Origin: Candidatus Thorarchaeota archaeon
GTDB taxonomy: Archaea; Asgardarchaeota; Thorarchaeia; Thorarchaeales; Thorarchaeaceae
Assembly (NCBI GenBank): GCA_003345595.1
Contig: PRDI01000115.1
Coordinates: 1-30,979 of the forward strand
Length of the DNA stretch: 30,979 bases
Direction of reading: 5' to 3'
Shown: positions 1 to 8,220 of the stretch, one piece after another
Layout of the letters: each line of letters begins with the position of its first letter
Numbering within the stretch: position 1 is the stretch's first letter
Notes under the pieces: generated by a model
Told to the model about the DNA's origin: nothing
Databases searched by the model: none
The model's input: only the letters and a program-made list of their open reading frames with translations
Translations under genes and position numbers: made by a program

Positions 1-1
1 T

Positions 2-289
2 GGACTGTCAGTAGCCAATGTCGCGCTAAACGCTCTATGTTCGCTAGTGGTTACCGAGTCTGAGCAAGCAAGGGCAATGGCCACCTACTCAGCTGGGATG
101 GATGGAGGTATTATGGTTGGCTCCTTTGGAATCGCAATCCTGTTGTATGCCGGTTTCAGTCTACCTATCATTCTCCTCATGCTTGCAGGGTTGTCGCTTC
201 TCACGGTATTCAATACGCCCTCCCTTCGTCGAATGGAGGCCGTGTCAAAGGAGCTCCGTGGCGCTTCTGAAGGTCAAGAATTCCGATGA
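2..289 (+). CDS. MFS transporter, C-terminal fragment (5' end outside window)
   Basis: Frame is open from base 2: GLSVANVALNALCSLVVTESEQARAMATYSAGMDGGIMVGS followed by hydrophobic helices, typical of MFS TM10-12. Confidence 0.7.
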   Translation, partial: GLSVANVALNALCSLVVTESEQARAMATYSAGMDGGIMVGSFGIAILLYAGFSLPIILLMLAGLSLLTVFNTPSLRRMEAVSKELRGASEGQEFR

Positions 290-542
290 CCGTGCGTTCG
301 GTTCTTCTCTGTCTTCTACACCGAGCAATTCAAAAGCACAACGGCAAAGAGAGCATTCCATAGGAGCGTGAATCTCCGGCCATACTTGTTCCAGAATGCA
401 CAAGTCGTCGGTATTGGGCTGACTACAGATCGGAGCCCAGTACCTTGAGGGTGAACAAGCTACGAGTACCCACCAAGATTCCTCAGCCGAAGGCACAAAG
501 GTAGCACTCAAGCGGGACATAGGCTGGTTCGGTTCTTTCTCG

Positions 543-2375
543 ATGGGCTATGCGGACGTCGGGGCTGACATCTATCTTGCTCTGGGTCTCGTAGCCGCTT
601 ATGCTGCCGGATGGGCGCCGGTGGCGTTTCTTGTCGCGTCAATCACATACGTGGCGACAGGTCTTGCCTATGCTGAGCTGGCAACTGCATATCCCTATGC
701 TGGTGGGGCACACGTCTACTCAATGAAGGCATTCAACGACTGCGCAGGTTTCCTGGCCGGGTGGCTTGTCATGCTCGACTACACTGTATGCATGGCCCTC
801 TTCTCCATAGCAACGACCGGCTATCTGACATTCTTCTTCCCTTGGCTGAAGACACTAGTAGTCACCATCGCGGTCCTGGGCTTTCAGGTAAGTTTCACCG
901 GGATGGGCCTCACCTCTCTCGCATTTGTGTTGCTGCTGATCTCCATCAACATCATTGGCATCAAGGAGTCTTCGACGCTTAATGAGCTGATGGTGGGCCT
1001 GAACCTGATCGTCCTATCGGCAGTCATGGTCTTGGGGGTGCTTCTCGCATTCAGCCTTAATCTGTTCACCCTTCAGCTTTCGATTGTCGGGTCTCCTGAA
1101 CAGTTCAGCCACATATCATACATCTGGCAGGGTGACATTAGTGGTCAAAATCTTCTGTACGCGGTGACGCTGGCGATGAGCTCGTTCATCGGCATAGAGT
1201 CGATAGCCCAGGCTGCGGAAGAAACCAAAAGACCTGACAGGACAATTCCCCGAGCCACGAAGATGTCTGTGGTTTCTGTATTGGTGTTTGCCGTCGGGCT
1301 CTCTGTCCTGAGCATTGGCGTACTGCCATGGCAGGTTCTAGCGGCCAACTTAGACGCTCCGATTTCGGCTCTTGTTGGATCGTTCGCCGTAATTGGCCCA
1401 GTAATAATACCCATCGTGGCATTCACTGGTTTCGCGATCTGCCTTGTTTCCGCCAACACAGGTATAATCGGTGTTTCAAGAGTGGCATTCTCGATGAGCC
1501 ACTTCGGCCTCTTGCCCAGATGGTTCTCAAGAGTCAACACAAAGACACGCACTCCAGTCCGGGCCATACTCGCCTTTGGGTCGATTGGAGCAGTCATGGC
1601 ACTTGTGGGTCAGTTAGACTGGGTGGCCGACTTGTACAACTTTGGCGCACTGCTTTCTTACCTACTGGTTAACCTCTCTCTGATTGTCCTCCGTCACACT
1701 GACAAGGACACTCATCGTGCATGGGAAATGCCATTTAGTCTGAGAGTCAGTAGGCGGGGTCGTTCGTACCAGATACCGATACCAACCGCCATCGGTGCCA
1801 TTGCATGTTTCTCCATATGGTCTCTTGTGATGCTGTTTCATCCTATGGGCCGGCTCCTAGGTATTACTTGGACAAGCGTAGGCCTACTCGTGTATGGTGC
1901 GTATCGGCGAAGGACGGGAAAACCATTCTTCTCCCGAGAGATTGGTGCGACGATAAAACCAATGGCCTACAAGTTCAACGCACTTGTTCTAATCCGTCCC
2001 GAGGAGAAGGAGGAAGTCGTCGAATCCATCAGGAACAGCCTCAGTACTCAGTTCCGTCTGACCTTGATGAGTGTCGTTCGGACAGGTCGATGGCACATTC
2101 CCTTGTCCATAGCTGATCAATACAGAGAGCTCACCATGGTGGACCTGAGGGAAATGGCTCATGCACTCTCAGGTTTCGGCTTCGAAGTGTCTATCAGGGT
2201 TGAGGTTGGCCCACTTGCACGAGTGATCACTGACACAGTCTTGTCACCTGAATTCGATTTCGTCGTCTTGCTGCTGAGGAAGGGCTTTAAGAAGGCACAG
2301 AAGAAGGACAAAGAAGACCTTGTTACATTGGTCTCTTCAGTTGCACCAGGCAAGATCATGGTGGTGAGGAAGTAA
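543..2375 (+). CDS. APC family amino acid permease with C-terminal USP-like domain (true start probably upstream of 543)
   Basis: About 12 TM helices. APC motifs GYADVGADIY, YAELATAYPYAGG, FIGIESIAQAAEE and SRVAFSMS...LP. The in-frame upstream sequence LKRDIGWFGSFS is a typical APC N-terminus. Soluble C-terminal alpha/beta tail is USP-like. Confidence 0.9.
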   Translation: MGYADVGADIYLALGLVAAYAAGWAPVAFLVASITYVATGLAYAELATAYPYAGGAHVYSMKAFNDCAGFLAGWLVMLDYTVCMALFSIATTGYLTFFFPWLKTLVVTIAVLGFQVSFTGMGLTSLAFVLLLISINIIGIKESSTLNELMVGLNLIVLSAVMVLGVLLAFSLNLFTLQLSIVGSPEQFSHISYIWQGDISGQNLLYAVTLAMSSFIGIESIAQAAEETKRPDRTIPRATKMSVVSVLVFAVGLSVLSIGVLPWQVLAANLDAPISALVGSFAVIGPVIIPIVAFTGFAICLVSANTGIIGVSRVAFSMSHFGLLPRWFSRVNTKTRTPVRAILAFGSIGAVMALVGQLDWVADLYNFGALLSYLLVNLSLIVLRHTDKDTHRAWEMPFSLRVSRRGRSYQIPIPTAIGAIACFSIWSLVMLFHPMGRLLGITWTSVGLLVYGAYRRRTGKPFFSREIGATIKPMAYKFNALVLIRPEEKEEVVESIRNSLSTQFRLTLMSVVRTGRWHIPLSIADQYRELTMVDLREMAHALSGFGFEVSIRVEVGPLARVITDTVLSPEFDFVVLLLRKGFKKAQKKDKEDLVTLVSSVAPGKIMVVRK

Positions 2376-2641
2376 TGTCCAACATCCGGGTCATCCTGAG
2401 CGTGTACATCGAGTCCAATCTAGAGGAAGTGGCTGATGCAATCACTGAGATTCCTGAAGTCCTTGATGTGTACGAAGTGACGGGGGAATCGGACATAGTC
2501 GTTGTCCTTGAAGCTGAAGATGTGATGGAGTTCCGCAACATCCTCAAGAATAACATTCTGAAGATACCTGGAGTGAAAAGTACAGTTTCAAGCGTCGTGA
2601 TGTACATACACAAGAAAGACGGCAGAATAGTTGAAGAATGA
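2375..2641 (+). CDS. Stand-alone Lrp/AsnC ligand-binding (RAM) domain protein
   Basis: IPEVLDVYEVTGESDIVV...IPGVKSTVSSVV is the AsnC C-terminal signature, with no HTH. TAATG stop/start overlap with the permease. Confidence 0.88.
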   Translation: MSNIRVILSVYIESNLEEVADAITEIPEVLDVYEVTGESDIVVVLEAEDVMEFRNILKNNILKIPGVKSTVSSVVMYIHKKDGRIVEE

Positions 2642-2660
2642 AGGGGGCTTAGGTGGACCT

Positions 2661-3092
2661 GTGGAAGAGAGCGCACCCGACTCTGTGTTAATGCCATTCT
2701 CAGGGGACATCGCATATTCGGACATGGTGGCGGCAATGCTCCCACTTCTGAAGCTTCAGACGAAGTCTCTGACCCTTTTTCACGTGATTGAAACGCCTAT
2801 TTCCGCGCCTCTTGACACTTCAGAGATGAAGGACCTCTTTGCTGCTGCTGAGATTCGGATAAAGCCCCTTGCAGACTGGCTTGCGAAGCAGGGGTACCGC
2901 GTACAGATCAAGATTGCTGCCGCAAGACACGTGAAAGACGCGATAGTTGAAGAGGCACAGAGTTCTCGATACTCAATGCTCTTCATGATGAAACGAAGAA
3001 AAAGAAGAGGGCTGCGTAGTCGTTTCACGAGGAGCGTAACGGAAGAAGTGATCCGACGCGTTAAGTGTCCCGTTGTGACAGTTCTTGTCTAG
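2661..3092 (+). CDS. Universal stress protein (USP)
   Basis: VLMPFSG...LTLFHVIE...SVTEEVIRRVKCPVVTV USP pattern. GTG at 2661 is preceded by AGGTGG; the ORF track start at 2631 is an alternative. Confidence 0.85.
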   Translation: MEESAPDSVLMPFSGDIAYSDMVAAMLPLLKLQTKSLTLFHVIETPISAPLDTSEMKDLFAAAEIRIKPLADWLAKQGYRVQIKIAAARHVKDAIVEEAQSSRYSMLFMMKRRKRRGLRSRFTRSVTEEVIRRVKCPVVTVLV

Positions 3093-3135
3093 CTTCCTTC
3101 GCAGGGAACGTCAACATTATGCCCCTAGTATGGGG

Positions 3136-3211
3136 ACACAGGGTGACTCTGTCATCAATCCCACAAGTCGTCTTTTCGCGACTGTTTGTGAGTCGACTAG
3201 TCACCCTGTGT
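3136..3211 (-). terminator. Long stem-loop between convergent USP and iscU genes (terminator or structured 3' UTR)
   Basis: Perfect 13-bp inverted repeat ACACAGGGTGACT / AGTCACCCTGTGT enclosing further paired segments; begins 4 nt after the iscU stop. Confidence 0.55.
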
Positions 3212-3214
3212 TTT

Positions 3215-3994
3215 CTAATCGATGAGGACCACTGCGTCAACGAAGAGGTCATACTTCTCGTCTTCATTGAGGTTGTGGACCAACACCTTCTCCACTTCGT
3301 CCTGTCCTCTTATCTCAAGGAGCTTAGACCCATACAGTATCTTGATTCCTGAGGCCTCAAGGTCCTCCTTGAGTTTCGTATTGGTCCGTATCTGTGCATC
3401 TGGAGTGAGGAGCACTACTCTACCCGTATGCTTGCTGAGTTCGATTGCAGTCTCGAGAGACTTGTCACCTGTGTGGACGACGAGCACCCTCTTCTCTTTG
3501 AAGTCTTCAGGGTTCGTCACGGAGAGATAGACACCCTTTCCAAGGTAGTTCTCTTTCCCTATTGCGCATTCAGCTCCCCCGGCCTGAGTTTCTTCTCCAG
3601 GGATTACCTCTCCTGTCATCCTCGCACGGTATCTCTTGATCGCCTCGTGCAAGGCGTCGGCCGCCAAATTCGAACAATGCATCTTGATAGGTGGCAGCCC
3701 CTCCAGTTCTGAAGCGACGTCTTCCCTTGTGACTTCCATCGCTTGCTCCAAGGTCATACCCTTCACAAGTTCTGTCGTCATGCTACTCGTGGCGATTGCG
3801 GAGCCACAACCGAATGTCATGAATTTGGCATCCACGATGCGGTCGTCCTTAACCTTGATGAAGACCTCCATCAGGTCGCCACAGATCGGGTTGCCTACCT
3901 TTCCTACTGCCACGTCATCGCCCTCAAGGGTTCCGACATTGCGAGGATTCCTAAAGTGGTCCAACACTTTCTTACTATATTGTGTTGACTTCAT
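3215..3994 (-). CDS. iscU: Fe-S scaffold IscU/NifU-N fused to a degenerate thioredoxin-reductase-like NAD(P)H-binding domain
   Basis: YSKKVLDHFRNPRNVG, GNPICGD, FGCGSAIA and KMHCSNLA retain all three Cys. The C-terminal ~115 aa (GKGVYLSV...KRVLVVHTGDKSLETAIELSK...VDAVV) resembles the TrxR middle domain. ATG at 3994 follows the iscS stop. Confidence 0.9.
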   Translation of the reverse strand: MKSTQYSKKVLDHFRNPRNVGTLEGDDVAVGKVGNPICGDLMEVFIKVKDDRIVDAKFMTFGCGSAIATSSMTTELVKGMTLEQAMEVTREDVASELEGLPPIKMHCSNLAADALHEAIKRYRARMTGEVIPGEETQAGGAECAIGKENYLGKGVYLSVTNPEDFKEKRVLVVHTGDKSLETAIELSKHTGRVVLLTPDAQIRTNTKLKEDLEASGIKILYGSKLLEIRGQDEVEKVLVHNLNEDEKYDLFVDAVVLID

Positions 3995-4001
3995 CTTCAC
4001 A

Positions 4002-5171
4002 TCACCTTCTCCGTGCAACATAGATTGGGGAAAGACCCCTCAAACGAGCAACAATCTGAGGGATTGTTTCAATCGCCCTGTCGACATCGCTGTCAATGTT
4101 GAATCTTCCAAAACTCAGCTGAAGCGAACCATGAGCCTCTTCATGCACAAGTCCTGTCGCTATTAGGGTATGAGAGGGCTCAAGTGTCTTTGAGGTGCAT
4201 GCCGAGCCTGTTGAAACAGAAACTCCCAGATCCTTCAGAGAGAGGAGCATTCCCTCTCCTTCAATGCCGTCGAATCTGAAGTGTGCATTGCTGGCCAAGC
4301 GCTCAGTAGGGTGCCCGTTCAGATGGCTGTCGGGAACATCCTCTAGTATATGCGTAATGGCCTTGTCTCGATACCCTCTGAACCGTTCGACTTCAGAAGG
4401 CATTTCCTTCGCCATAATGTCAGCAGCAGCGCTCATTCCAACGATGCCCGGCATGTTCTCTGTGCCGGATCTGAGACCTCTCTCCTGGCCGCCGCCTATG
4501 ATCAAGGGGTTTATCCTGTACCCTTTTTTCATGTACAGGACTCCCACGCCCTTCGGTCCATAGATATCATTGGATGACAGACTCATCAGATCTATGTTGT
4601 CACGTTCTACATCGAGATCGATGAGCCCCTCCGCGGCAACTGCATCCGTGTGGAACGCAATGTTTCTCTCTTTCGCAAGCTTTCCAATCTCGGCGATAGG
4701 CTGCACTGTGCCTATCTCGTTACTCGCATAGCCAACAGATATCAGGATGGTCTTGTCGGTGAGTCTGCGCTCGAGCTTTTCGACCCTCACTCTTCCGAAT
4801 TGGTCGACTGGTACTGTGGAGACCTCAAAGCCCAGCGATACGAGGTACTTTGCTATGTTGTGAATAGAGATATGCTCAACCTCTGAGATCACTATATGGT
4901 TTCCTTTCTTCTTGTTTTTGAGCGCATAGCCAATCAGCGCCATGTTGCTCGACTCAGTCGCTCCAGAAGTGAACAGTATTTCGTCATCGTCGGCATTGAT
5001 GAACTTCGCAATGCGTTTCCTGCTCTGTTCAAGCGCGTCAGTAGCCACATCTCCTACCTTGTGCAATGAGGAAGGATTTCCAAAGAGGTCATGGAAGTAT
5101 GGCATCATCTCCTCTATGACCCTCGGGTCGACGGGCTTTGCCGACTGGTAGTCTAAGTACACTTCTCTCAT
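4002..5171 (-). CDS. iscS: IscS/NifS-like class V PLP protein, Archaeoglobus type (Schiff-base Lys replaced by Asp)
   Basis: YLDYQSAKPVD, GNPSSLH, FTSGATE, GGGQERGLRSGTEN and STGSACTS present; SSNDIYGPKG replaces SxHKxYGPKG. Start at 5171 or 5180 after GGAGG. Confidence 0.9.
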   Translation of the reverse strand: MREVYLDYQSAKPVDPRVIEEMMPYFHDLFGNPSSLHKVGDVATDALEQSRKRIAKFINADDDEILFTSGATESSNMALIGYALKNKKKGNHIVISEVEHISIHNIAKYLVSLGFEVSTVPVDQFGRVRVEKLERRLTDKTILISVGYASNEIGTVQPIAEIGKLAKERNIAFHTDAVAAEGLIDLDVERDNIDLMSLSSNDIYGPKGVGVLYMKKGYRINPLIIGGGQERGLRSGTENMPGIVGMSAAADIMAKEMPSEVERFRGYRDKAITHILEDVPDSHLNGHPTERLASNAHFRFDGIEGEGMLLSLKDLGVSVSTGSACTSKTLEPSHTLIATGLVHEEAHGSLQLSFGRFNIDSDVDRAIETIPQIVARLRGLSPIYVARRR

Positions 5172-5191
5172 GGCGAACATTGCCTCCTTGT

Positions 5192-5569
5192 CTAGAACCA
5201 CATGGTCGCGCTTGCTTCAAGGGCCAGATCATTGAGAGTTGCGGCGCCCACTATCTTGAGCCCAGGAATCAGGTCCACTTTCTCCCATCCCAACATCTGC
5301 TTTGATGCTTCGCAGACGTATATTGGGATTCCCGCCTTGAGGGTTGCATTGATCATATCGAGTACGCTTGGAAAGCTCCCGAGCTTCATCTTCTCCGCAA
5401 CACCGGGCTTCAGAATCCTCAGGGCCTGGCCCAAGAAGTATACCTTTGCATCGATATCCATCGCCTTTGCACTCTGCGCTAAAACAAGTGGAGAATACTG
5501 CCTTTCCGGATTGTCACTCGTCTGAACGTATAGAATCGAGTTCTTTCTTGTTGAAGTCTTCTTGCTCAT
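5192..5569 (-). CDS. DsrE/DsrF-like family protein (putative sulfur carrier)
   Basis: LVLAQSAKAMDIDAKVYFLGQAL...GIPIYVCEAS...IVGAATL DsrE-like pattern with conserved Cys. Confidence 0.85.
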   Translation of the reverse strand: MSKKTSTRKNSILYVQTSDNPERQYSPLVLAQSAKAMDIDAKVYFLGQALRILKPGVAEKMKLGSFPSVLDMINATLKAGIPIYVCEASKQMLGWEKVDLIPGLKIVGAATLNDLALEASATMWF

Positions 5570-5578
5570 TTCGTATCC

Positions 5579-5821
5579 CTACCTCTTCTTTCTTATTAGA
5601 AACTTCATGACCCCATCACTCATCTTCTCGAAGCTGACCAGTTCGTTCTGTGTCCTCTTGACGAACCTCTTGAGGTCCTCCTCTGCCGCGGGATCATCGG
5701 CAAGGACCTCGAGAATCTGACCAGATCGGAGTCTGTCCATGGCCTCCCTTGTCTGAAACAGCGGTTGAGGACAAAAGAGTCCCACGGTGTCCAGTGTTTC
5801 CGCAGGTTCGTCGCTCTTCAT
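5579..5821 (-). CDS. tusA: TusA/SirA family sulfurtransferase
   Basis: LDTVGLFCPQP...GQILEVLADDPAAEEDL is the CPxP signature; 80 aa. Confidence 0.9.
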   Translation of the reverse strand: MKSDEPAETLDTVGLFCPQPLFQTREAMDRLRSGQILEVLADDPAAEEDLKRFVKRTQNELVSFEKMSDGVMKFLIRKKR

Positions 5822-5951
5822 CTCTGCTCATCTCTTCACGATTGTTAATCAAAACAATAGTAAACTCTGCAGCTTATAAGCCTATGTATAAGTCAACCAC
5901 GGTTTCCACTTGGACAAGAGGCCCATACCAGTTCTCGGACTCCTACAGGGC

Positions 5952-6413
5952 TTACTCTCTTTCTGGACGTTCTGCGCCGGCCATTGACGTTACGTGCTTC
6001 TGAGATCTATCAGCGGCCAGCTTCTCCTGCATTGACCTACATCTGTCGTACCAGAGAATACGATACTGTGAGTGACTAATCACCCTGTTCCGAAGGTCTG
6101 GTATTGTCCTAATGCCTTCCTCCTTGCACCATTGGACACATATTGCATATTCCTCCCAGTCAAGGTTCTCGGTTTCCCACACGACCTCTACCTCTTGGTG
6201 GCCCGCAAGGAATAAGGCCAGTCCGCGAGTGTGACCGTCGGTGCATATCACCTCACCGGCGAGTTCCTTGACCGGGATGGGCTCCAGATGCTTGTGTGAA
6301 TCAGGCTCAAGACACTTCGTCACTTGGTCGAGTTTCGCACGGCTGATGTACAGCTGGCTCGGCTGGATTTTCTCCAGGGGCATCAGAAAGGTGTCGCTCA
6401 TGGGCCAGTCCAA
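5952..6413 (-). CDS. ParB/sulfiredoxin-like N-terminal domain protein
   Basis: IQPSQLYIS...PIPV...DGHTR matches the ParB/Srx fold core; no HTH. Confidence 0.65.
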   Translation of the reverse strand: MDWPMSDTFLMPLEKIQPSQLYISRAKLDQVTKCLEPDSHKHLEPIPVKELAGEVICTDGHTRGLALFLAGHQEVEVVWETENLDWEEYAICVQWCKEEGIRTIPDLRNRVISHSQYRILWYDRCRSMQEKLAADRSQKHVTSMAGAERPERE

Positions 6414-6553
6414 CCTTGCTCACTATACCGACAACTTGGATGGGCTTTCGCGTGATTATAACACTAGCTCTGTGCAGCCCGAACTCCAGTACTACTTATA
6501 GGGTACTCATGCTGAGCTAAGTAGCACATTCTGCTCAAGGAGGAAAGAAGTGG

Positions 6554-7342
6554 TTGGTTCTGAATCCCTTGGGTCCGGGCCTAGAACTTGCCTGGGACCT
6601 TGTTGCTATGCTGATATCGGTTTTTGCAGTCATGATGGTTGTCCAGATTAATGGAATCATACGAAAGAGTGGAAAGCTATCCTCTGACGTGACACGCAAG
6701 ATTGTGCATATCTTTGCGGCGCCCGTGTTTGCCGTGACTTGGTATCTATACTCTGGAGATATCTACAGTCGCTACTTTGCGATGATAGTGCCCATCCTTT
6801 TCGTGCTTCTATTCGTGGGGATAGGTACAGGAAAGGTGAAGAACGAGGCCTTTGTCACATCGATGTCGCGCTCCGGAGATCCAAAGGAGCTGCTGAAAGG
6901 AACACTATACTATGCAATAATGATCGTCATCGTGACGGTTCTATGGTTCTACTATCCTGCGAACCCCTTGGCATTCGTCATCTTTGGCTGCCTTGCCGGT
7001 GGTGACGGCTTTGCGGACATCATCGGCCGCAAGTACGGTGGCAACAGGAAGTTCGGCATAGGCGGTGCACAGAAGACGGTAGCGGGGTCCATTGGGATGC
7101 TGTTTGGGTCTCTTCTGTTCAGCTATGTACTGATAGCCATTTTCTCAGTGGAAATCGCTGCCTTCAGCCTTGTCACCTTGTTCCTCCCGGTCCTCGTCAT
7201 CAGCGTAGTGGCCACGATAGTGGAAGCGCTCTCGCCAAAGAACTTGGACAACTGGACAGTCCCGATTGCAGTGATTGTAGTTGTCGCTCTGTTCATCTAT
7301 CTGATGCCGGCATGGTGGCCCTTTCCCCTTCTGAGCATCTAG
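6554..7342 (+). CDS. Polyprenol (phytol/farnesol/dolichol) kinase, CTP-dependent SEC59/VTE5-like family
   Basis: RKIVHI, SMSRSGDPKELLKGTLYY, GDGFADIIGRKYG, KTVAGS and EALSPKNLDNWTVP; multi-TM. Confidence 0.85.
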   Translation: MVLNPLGPGLELAWDLVAMLISVFAVMMVVQINGIIRKSGKLSSDVTRKIVHIFAAPVFAVTWYLYSGDIYSRYFAMIVPILFVLLFVGIGTGKVKNEAFVTSMSRSGDPKELLKGTLYYAIMIVIVTVLWFYYPANPLAFVIFGCLAGGDGFADIIGRKYGGNRKFGIGGAQKTVAGSIGMLFGSLLFSYVLIAIFSVEIAAFSLVTLFLPVLVISVVATIVEALSPKNLDNWTVPIAVIVVVALFIYLMPAWWPFPLLSI

Positions 7343-7364
7343 GACATCAGGCGGTGTTGGGAAA

Positions 7365-8183
7365 ATGGGAAACGACCTCACAGTGATAAAGCTAGGTGGG
7401 TCACTCCTTACAGACAAGTCCAAGCCCTATGAGGCACGCAAGGCAGTAATCAAGTCTGTCACACGCGAACTCAAGACGTGCGTTGACGAGGGACTCATCA
7501 AGTCGCTTGTTGCAGTCCAGGGAGTCGGGTCGTATGGACACCCTCCGATTCTCGAACATGGTCTCCACAAGGGGTTCAAAGGACCTGAACAACTGATTCC
7601 GCTGTCGAAGACGCAACGCATAGTGAATGAGTTCCGTGAGATGGTTGCGGGGGAGTTCCATCTGGCTGGACTACCGGTTAATCTACTTCACCCATCCTCG
7701 ATGGTCGTGGCGGAGAAGATGCGCATTACCAAGTATTTTTTGGACCCTCTCAAGGGATACCTGTCCCTAGGTATGGTCCCACTGCTTGGTGGTGACATGC
7801 TATATGACACCGCGATGGGATTCAGTGTCGGAAGTGGCGATCAACTGGCTGTGCTGTTGGCTCGTGAGCTCAGTGCCAAGCGTCTTATCTTCGCGATGGA
7901 TGTAGCGGGAATCTACACAGGCAATCCAAAGACGGACCCGAAGGCATCGGTCATCAAAGAGGTCAACCTCAATGAAACCGACAAGGTCTTGGCCCAAATG
8001 GGCTCTTCGGGAACAGTGGATGCAAGCGGCGCAATCAAGGGAAAGCTGGCAGCGATTGCACAGGTCAAAGACCTGGTCGGAGCAGGTCTGCAGGTCACTC
8101 TGCTTTCAATGATGAAGCAGGGGAATCTTCTCGCTCTGCTCAGGGGTCAAACTGTTGCGTGCACTCATGTGGTGGTGAAGTAG
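7365..8183 (+). CDS. ipk: Isopentenyl phosphate kinase (amino acid kinase family)
   Basis: IKLGGSLLTDKS, GVGSYGH (catalytic His retained), PLLGGD, SGDQL, DVAGIY and DASGAIKGK. Confidence 0.85.
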   Translation: MGNDLTVIKLGGSLLTDKSKPYEARKAVIKSVTRELKTCVDEGLIKSLVAVQGVGSYGHPPILEHGLHKGFKGPEQLIPLSKTQRIVNEFREMVAGEFHLAGLPVNLLHPSSMVVAEKMRITKYFLDPLKGYLSLGMVPLLGGDMLYDTAMGFSVGSGDQLAVLLARELSAKRLIFAMDVAGIYTGNPKTDPKASVIKEVNLNETDKVLAQMGSSGTVDASGAIKGKLAAIAQVKDLVGAGLQVTLLSMMKQGNLLALLRGQTVACTHVVVK

Positions 8184-8220
8184 CCAGGTCCTCGTATCCC
8201 ATTCTTCATAGGTTGGCTAT

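Noticed and set aside
3136-3211. Hairpin as a SECIS for the Fe-S operon
   Set aside because: There is no in-frame UGA in tusA, dsrE, iscS or iscU, and no correctly oriented RUGA-N11-12-AA...GA core.
5952-6413. ParB-like gene as a partition system
   Set aside because: No ParA, no HTH domain and no parS-like repeats nearby.
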